From positions 12,846 to 76,845 of the IMG/VR virus record IMGVR_UViG_3300046534_001341: 64,000 bases of DNA. The stretch is one strand, 5' to 3'. Shown one piece after another: positions 59,961-64,000 of this stretch. The notes below the pieces were generated by a model. It was not told the origin of the DNA. It did not search any database and saw only the letters and a list, made by a program, of their open reading frames with translations. Source of the DNA: a virus. The stretch's first letter is position 1; every line of letters begins with the position of its first letter. A program made the translations under genes and the position numbers.

Positions 59961-62130
59961 TACTGTTGCATACGATACAGCCTCAGAAAAGCTGGTCGAA
60001 ATTCTTTGTAAAAAAACCAACAACGATGATCCTCTGTTCTTCAGAATCATGGTTGCTTACTATTTTGCCAAGGTAGCTTCAATGATGCGCGTAAATGTGG
60101 CAACACATGACCGTGGTGTTATCCCTGTAAACCTCTACGCCATCAACCTAGCGACATCAGGTTTTGGTAAGGGTCGGTCCACTAACCTTGTGGAGGAGCA
60201 GGTTATCAACCAGTTCCGTGAGCGATTTATCAGTGAGACATTCTTATCCGTGGCTGAAAAGTCATGCCGTAAGTTGGCTTTAACCCGTGCTGCCATAAAA
60301 GGTTCTGACCCAGATGATGAAGTGGAAATTGTAGCCAAGGAATTCCGAGACCTTGGTTTTCTACTATTCTCATTCGATGGTGGTACCCCAGCAGCAGTGA
60401 AGCAATTGCGACACAAATTGCTGATGGCTAAAGCCGGATCCATGAATATGGAAATCGATGAGATAGGTACCAACCTATTAGGTAACCAAGACATTCTAGG
60501 CGTGTTCTTAGAGCTTTTCGACGTTGGTAAGGTGAAAGCCAAGCTGATCAAGAATACCGCTGAGAACGTACGTAACGAAGAGATTGATGGCCGTACACCA
60601 GCCAACATGATGATGTTTGGTACACCTTCAAAATTATTTGATGGTGGTAAGACGGAAGAAGCTCTTTGGGGCTTCATCGATACTGGTTACGGTCGTCGAT
60701 GCTTCTACGGTTACACCAAGGGCGGGCCACAAGCCAATGCTATGGATGCGACCACTCGTTACACCCAAGGTATCGATACTGGTTCTGAGAAGTTCATAAC
60801 CGATTTGTCGGACTCCATGGGTAAGCTTGCTGATGAAGTGAATTTTGGTAAAAAAATCACCATGTCTAAAGCTGTCAGCATATTAAGCATTGAATACCAA
60901 ATTCAGTGTGAAGCCGCTGCTCAGGATATGGGTGAGCACGAGGACATGCGTAAGGCTGAAATAATTCACCGTTATTTCAAAGCGTTAAAGCTAGCCGGTA
61001 CGTATGCCTTCATTGCAGGAAGCCATGAAATCACTGAAGACCATTTGATGGCCGCCATTAAATTGGCTGAAGATTCTGGTGAGGCATTCAAGCAATTACT
61101 TACTCGTGATCGTACCTACGTGAAACTGGCCAAGTACATTGCTGAGATTGGACGTGAAGTCACCCACGCCGACCTCACAGAGGACTTACCGTTCTACAAG
61201 GGCAGTGAATCAGTTAAGCGTGATTTACTCTCGTTGGCCATAGCATACGGCCACAAGAACAACATCATTATCAAGCGTGCGTTTGAGAGTGGTATTGAAT
61301 TTTTGAAAGGTGAATCCCTTAAGGAGACTGACCTGAATAAAATGGTAGTAGCTTACAGTGATCACTACGCTGAGCGTTACCAACCTGAGGAAGTTCCATT
61401 TGCCCAGTTAAGTAAATTAACTCAAGCGGCTGGAATGCACTGGGTTAATCATCACATGGTGGGGAACCATCGATTGGAATCTAATTCGATACCGGGCTTC
61501 AACATGGTAGTCATAGATGTTGATAAGAATGTATCGATCGATACGGCTAAATTGCTCTTGAAAGATTACACCTATCACATGTATACGACCAAGCGTCACC
61601 AGACCACTGAAGTGGAAGATGATGGCACCTTGGTTGAGCACGGGGATCGCTTCCGTATCATTATGCCATTGAGCCATAAATTGAAAATGGGTCCTGATGA
61701 ATTCACTGAGTTCATGAAGAACATTTTCGAGTGGTTGCCTTTCGATTCTGATGAGCAGACCTCACAGCGTGCACGTAAGTGGATGTCATGTAAGGGAACA
61801 GTTCACGATAACAAAGGTAAGCTTCTTGACGCTTTGGACTTCATACCGAAGACCACGAAAAGTGACGAGCGCCGTAAGGCAATAGATGGGCAACAATCTC
61901 TGTCAAATATGGAGCGATGGTTCTGCCAGAACACGGGTATAGGTAATCGAAGTAATCAATTAGTCAAGTACGCCTTGATGTTAGTGGACTCCGGACGTGA
62001 CATTATTGATGTACAGAGTGCGGTACTAGAACTGAATGCTAAGTTACAGGACAAAATGAAGGAAGCCGAAATACTGACTACCATCATGAAGACTGCAGCG
62101 AAAGCCTTCAACAAACGTGACACTGAATAG
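59947..62130 (+). CDS. DNA primase (N4 gp43 family)
   Basis: SGFGKGRST, IDEIG, VIDVD, YTTKRH, GNRSNQL. Confidence 0.9.
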   Translation: MKDLSTVAYDTASEKLVEILCKKTNNDDPLFFRIMVAYYFAKVASMMRVNVATHDRGVIPVNLYAINLATSGFGKGRSTNLVEEQVINQFRERFISETFLSVAEKSCRKLALTRAAIKGSDPDDEVEIVAKEFRDLGFLLFSFDGGTPAAVKQLRHKLLMAKAGSMNMEIDEIGTNLLGNQDILGVFLELFDVGKVKAKLIKNTAENVRNEEIDGRTPANMMMFGTPSKLFDGGKTEEALWGFIDTGYGRRCFYGYTKGGPQANAMDATTRYTQGIDTGSEKFITDLSDSMGKLADEVNFGKKITMSKAVSILSIEYQIQCEAAAQDMGEHEDMRKAEIIHRYFKALKLAGTYAFIAGSHEITEDHLMAAIKLAEDSGEAFKQLLTRDRTYVKLAKYIAEIGREVTHADLTEDLPFYKGSESVKRDLLSLAIAYGHKNNIIIKRAFESGIEFLKGESLKETDLNKMVVAYSDHYAERYQPEEVPFAQLSKLTQAAGMHWVNHHMVGNHRLESNSIPGFNMVVIDVDKNVSIDTAKLLLKDYTYHMYTTKRHQTTEVEDDGTLVEHGDRFRIIMPLSHKLKMGPDEFTEFMKNIFEWLPFDSDEQTSQRARKWMSCKGTVHDNKGKLLDALDFIPKTTKSDERRKAIDGQQSLSNMERWFCQNTGIGNRSNQLVKYALMLVDSGRDIIDVQSAVLELNAKLQDKMKEAEILTTIMKTAAKAFNKRDTE

Positions 62131-62153
62131 CGTGCCTCACGGCACGTTTTTTT
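62131..62153 (+). terminator. Rho-independent terminator
   Basis: CGTGCC-TCAC-GGCACG then T run. Confidence 0.7.
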
Positions 62154-62173
62154 GAAATTAACAGGAGAATACG

Positions 62174-62662
62174 ATGGGTTGTGATATTCACATGTACGCT
62201 GAGCAGCGTGACGAATCCGGTACGTGGAAGACACTACATAAGTGGGAGAATACTGCCGAAGAAGGTGGTGATTACGAGTATTGGGATGAGTCCCCCTCTC
62301 TGGATAGTGATCGAGCCTACATCTTCTTTGGGTACCTGGCGAGTGTACGTCGAGAAACCCCATTCAACCGTGAACCTTTAGGCCTGCCTGAAGATGTGTG
62401 TATGGAGACAAATCGGGTGATGGAAGATCCTGACTACCACACACGTAGTTTTATTTATGAAGACCAATTACGAAAAGATGCTCTGCTATTCCAAGGGGAT
62501 AAGGAGGCACTTCTGCGGCTGGTGTTGGAAAATAAATCTGATGATCTTGAGGTGCGTAAGTACCTAGACACAAGTGCAACCAATTTACTGGAATCGCTTG
62601 AGGAGATGCCTCTGTACACCAAAGGTCGTGAAACCCGTTTCGTATTCGCCTTCGACAATTAG
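62174..62662 (+). CDS. Conserved phage hypothetical protein
   Basis: MGCDIH...RAYIFFGYLASVR...GLPED...RFVFAFDN. Confidence 0.75.
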   Translation: MGCDIHMYAEQRDESGTWKTLHKWENTAEEGGDYEYWDESPSLDSDRAYIFFGYLASVRRETPFNREPLGLPEDVCMETNRVMEDPDYHTRSFIYEDQLRKDALLFQGDKEALLRLVLENKSDDLEVRKYLDTSATNLLESLEEMPLYTKGRETRFVFAFDN

Positions 62663-62671
62663 GAGACTATC

Positions 62672-63397
62672 TTGAACGATAATCTAGTTTTGATCTGTGG
62701 CAAATCAGCCACAGGTAAGTCGCTCAGTCTGCGCAATTTAAAAAACCCTGAAGGGGTGATGTATCTTAATTGTGAAAACAATAAGAAGCTCCCTTTCCCA
62801 AGTAAGTTCAAAGAGCTTACTGTAGTTGATCCAATGCAAGTCTATGAAGCATTTGATGTTGCTGAATCGATGCCGGACGTACACACCATAGTCGTCGATA
62901 CGTTGACTTTTATGATGGACATGTACGAAACCATTTATGTACTTCCACACGCTGGTGGCCCAAAAGGCATGACAGCTTGGGGTGACTACGCTCAGTTCAT
63001 GAAGAGGTTGATGTCACAGTATGTGGCCAACTCCACTAAGAATGTAATCTTCTTGGCTCACACCAGTGATGTCATGAATGATAAAGAGATGGCTCTTGAA
63101 ACACTGGTGGCCGTGAAAGGCTCACTAATGAAGAACGGCATCGAATCATTCTTCAGTACCATCGTGGCTACAAAGCGCGTTGAGTTAAGCGAACTGAAAA
63201 AGTGTGACTCCAAGTTGCTGAACATTTCAGCAGACGAAGAGGAAGACGGGTTCAAGTACGTATTCCAGACTTTACTTACCAAGAAAACCGTTAACGAACG
63301 TATGCGTTCAAGCTTCGGTTTCTGGGATCGTAAAGAAACATTCATTGATAATGACGCGCAACTCTTAATTGAGAAACTCGACAATTATTATAAGTAA
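62672..63397 (+). CDS. Sak4-like AAA ssDNA-annealing protein (N4 gp44 family)
   Basis: GKSATGKS, IVVDTLT, IFLAHT, FIDND. Confidence 0.85.
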   Translation: MNDNLVLICGKSATGKSLSLRNLKNPEGVMYLNCENNKKLPFPSKFKELTVVDPMQVYEAFDVAESMPDVHTIVVDTLTFMMDMYETIYVLPHAGGPKGMTAWGDYAQFMKRLMSQYVANSTKNVIFLAHTSDVMNDKEMALETLVAVKGSLMKNGIESFFSTIVATKRVELSELKKCDSKLLNISADEEEDGFKYVFQTLLTKKTVNERMRSSFGFWDRKETFIDNDAQLLIEKLDNYYK

Positions 63398-63438
63398 TTA
63401 ACCCCGTCCAATTACGGACCTTTTTAAAGAGAACAATT

Positions 63439-64000
63439 ATGTCAAATTCATTAGCATTACCTACTGGTGTTGTAGCTGACGTTGAAAAAGATAGTTTAGG
63501 TGGTGGAGTAATCCCTGCTAAGACTTACCCAGGAAAAATCAAACTTGTCTACATGGATAAGTCTGATAAAGGCGCTGTCAGTATCAACATCCATTTTGAA
63601 GAAGCTGCTGGCAGTCGTACCGTTAAGCAAACTACTTACATTTCAAACCAGGCAGGCGCATTCGTATACACGGATAAGAATGGTAAGGCTCAGCCTCTTC
63701 CTGGCTACAGCCAGATGAACGCGTTCTTTGAAGCAACTACCGGTAAAGGTATTGCGGAACAAGAAACGTCTGCTAAAACCATCAAGCTTTATATATTCAA
63801 AGATGGTAAAGGCTCTGAACAACTTGTTGAGCGTGATGTGTTCATGGCTCTTCAAGACCACGAATGTGTTGCTGGTATCCTGTTGGTTAGCGAAGAAAAA
63901 GCTACCAAAGAATCAAACTACAAAGATGGTACTGGTGAGTACCGCGAGTTCAATGAATTCGGTAAGTGGTTTGATTCAGAAGGCTTCACTGCCACTGAAC
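63439..64000 (+). CDS. ssb: Single-stranded DNA-binding protein (N4 gp45 family), truncated by window end
   Basis: EKDSLGGG, KGAVSI, YTDKNGKAQPLPGY, TGEYREFNE motifs; open to the end. Confidence 0.85.
   Translation, partial: MSNSLALPTGVVADVEKDSLGGGVIPAKTYPGKIKLVYMDKSDKGAVSINIHFEEAAGSRTVKQTTYISNQAGAFVYTDKNGKAQPLPGYSQMNAFFEATTGKGIAEQETSAKTIKLYIFKDGKGSEQLVERDVFMALQDHECVAGILLVSEEKATKESNYKDGTGEYREFNEFGKWFDSEGFTATE

Overview
This window is most of an N4-like (Schitoviridae-type) phage genome, read across the probable genome ends. 1-24.7 kb (mainly minus strand) is the late/virion block: gp51-gp59-like proteins, major capsid, portal, lysis genes, a tail/receptor-binding module with an inserted SAM-methyltransferase and ThiE-fold gene, and both terminase subunits. 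About 25-27 kb is the right-end/terminal region, with a Tad2-like (DUF2829) gene. 27-64 kb (plus strand) holds the early and middle genes: six hairpin promoters, gp2-like activator, two-subunit RNAP II, AAA+ ATPase with peptidase/vWA partner, ThyX, MazG-like protein, helicase, DNA polymerase, nuclease, primase, Sak4-like protein and SSB. The virion RNA polymerase gene is not in the window. Three things stand out. (1) About 20 small ORFs from at least five unrelated paralog families share one short helical L-[K/R]-x-L-[L/I] motif, which suggests a modular adaptor system. (2) A non-coding RNA island at about 55.6-58.6 kb contains three CCA-ending tRNA mimics, all with the alanine G3-U70 identity but no normal anticodon arm, plus a pseudoknot-rich ~470-nt RNA and several long-stem RNAs. 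(3) The putative virion-RNAP promoters have a GTTA tetraloop rather than the N4 triloop. All family calls come from motif recognition and gene order, not database searches.
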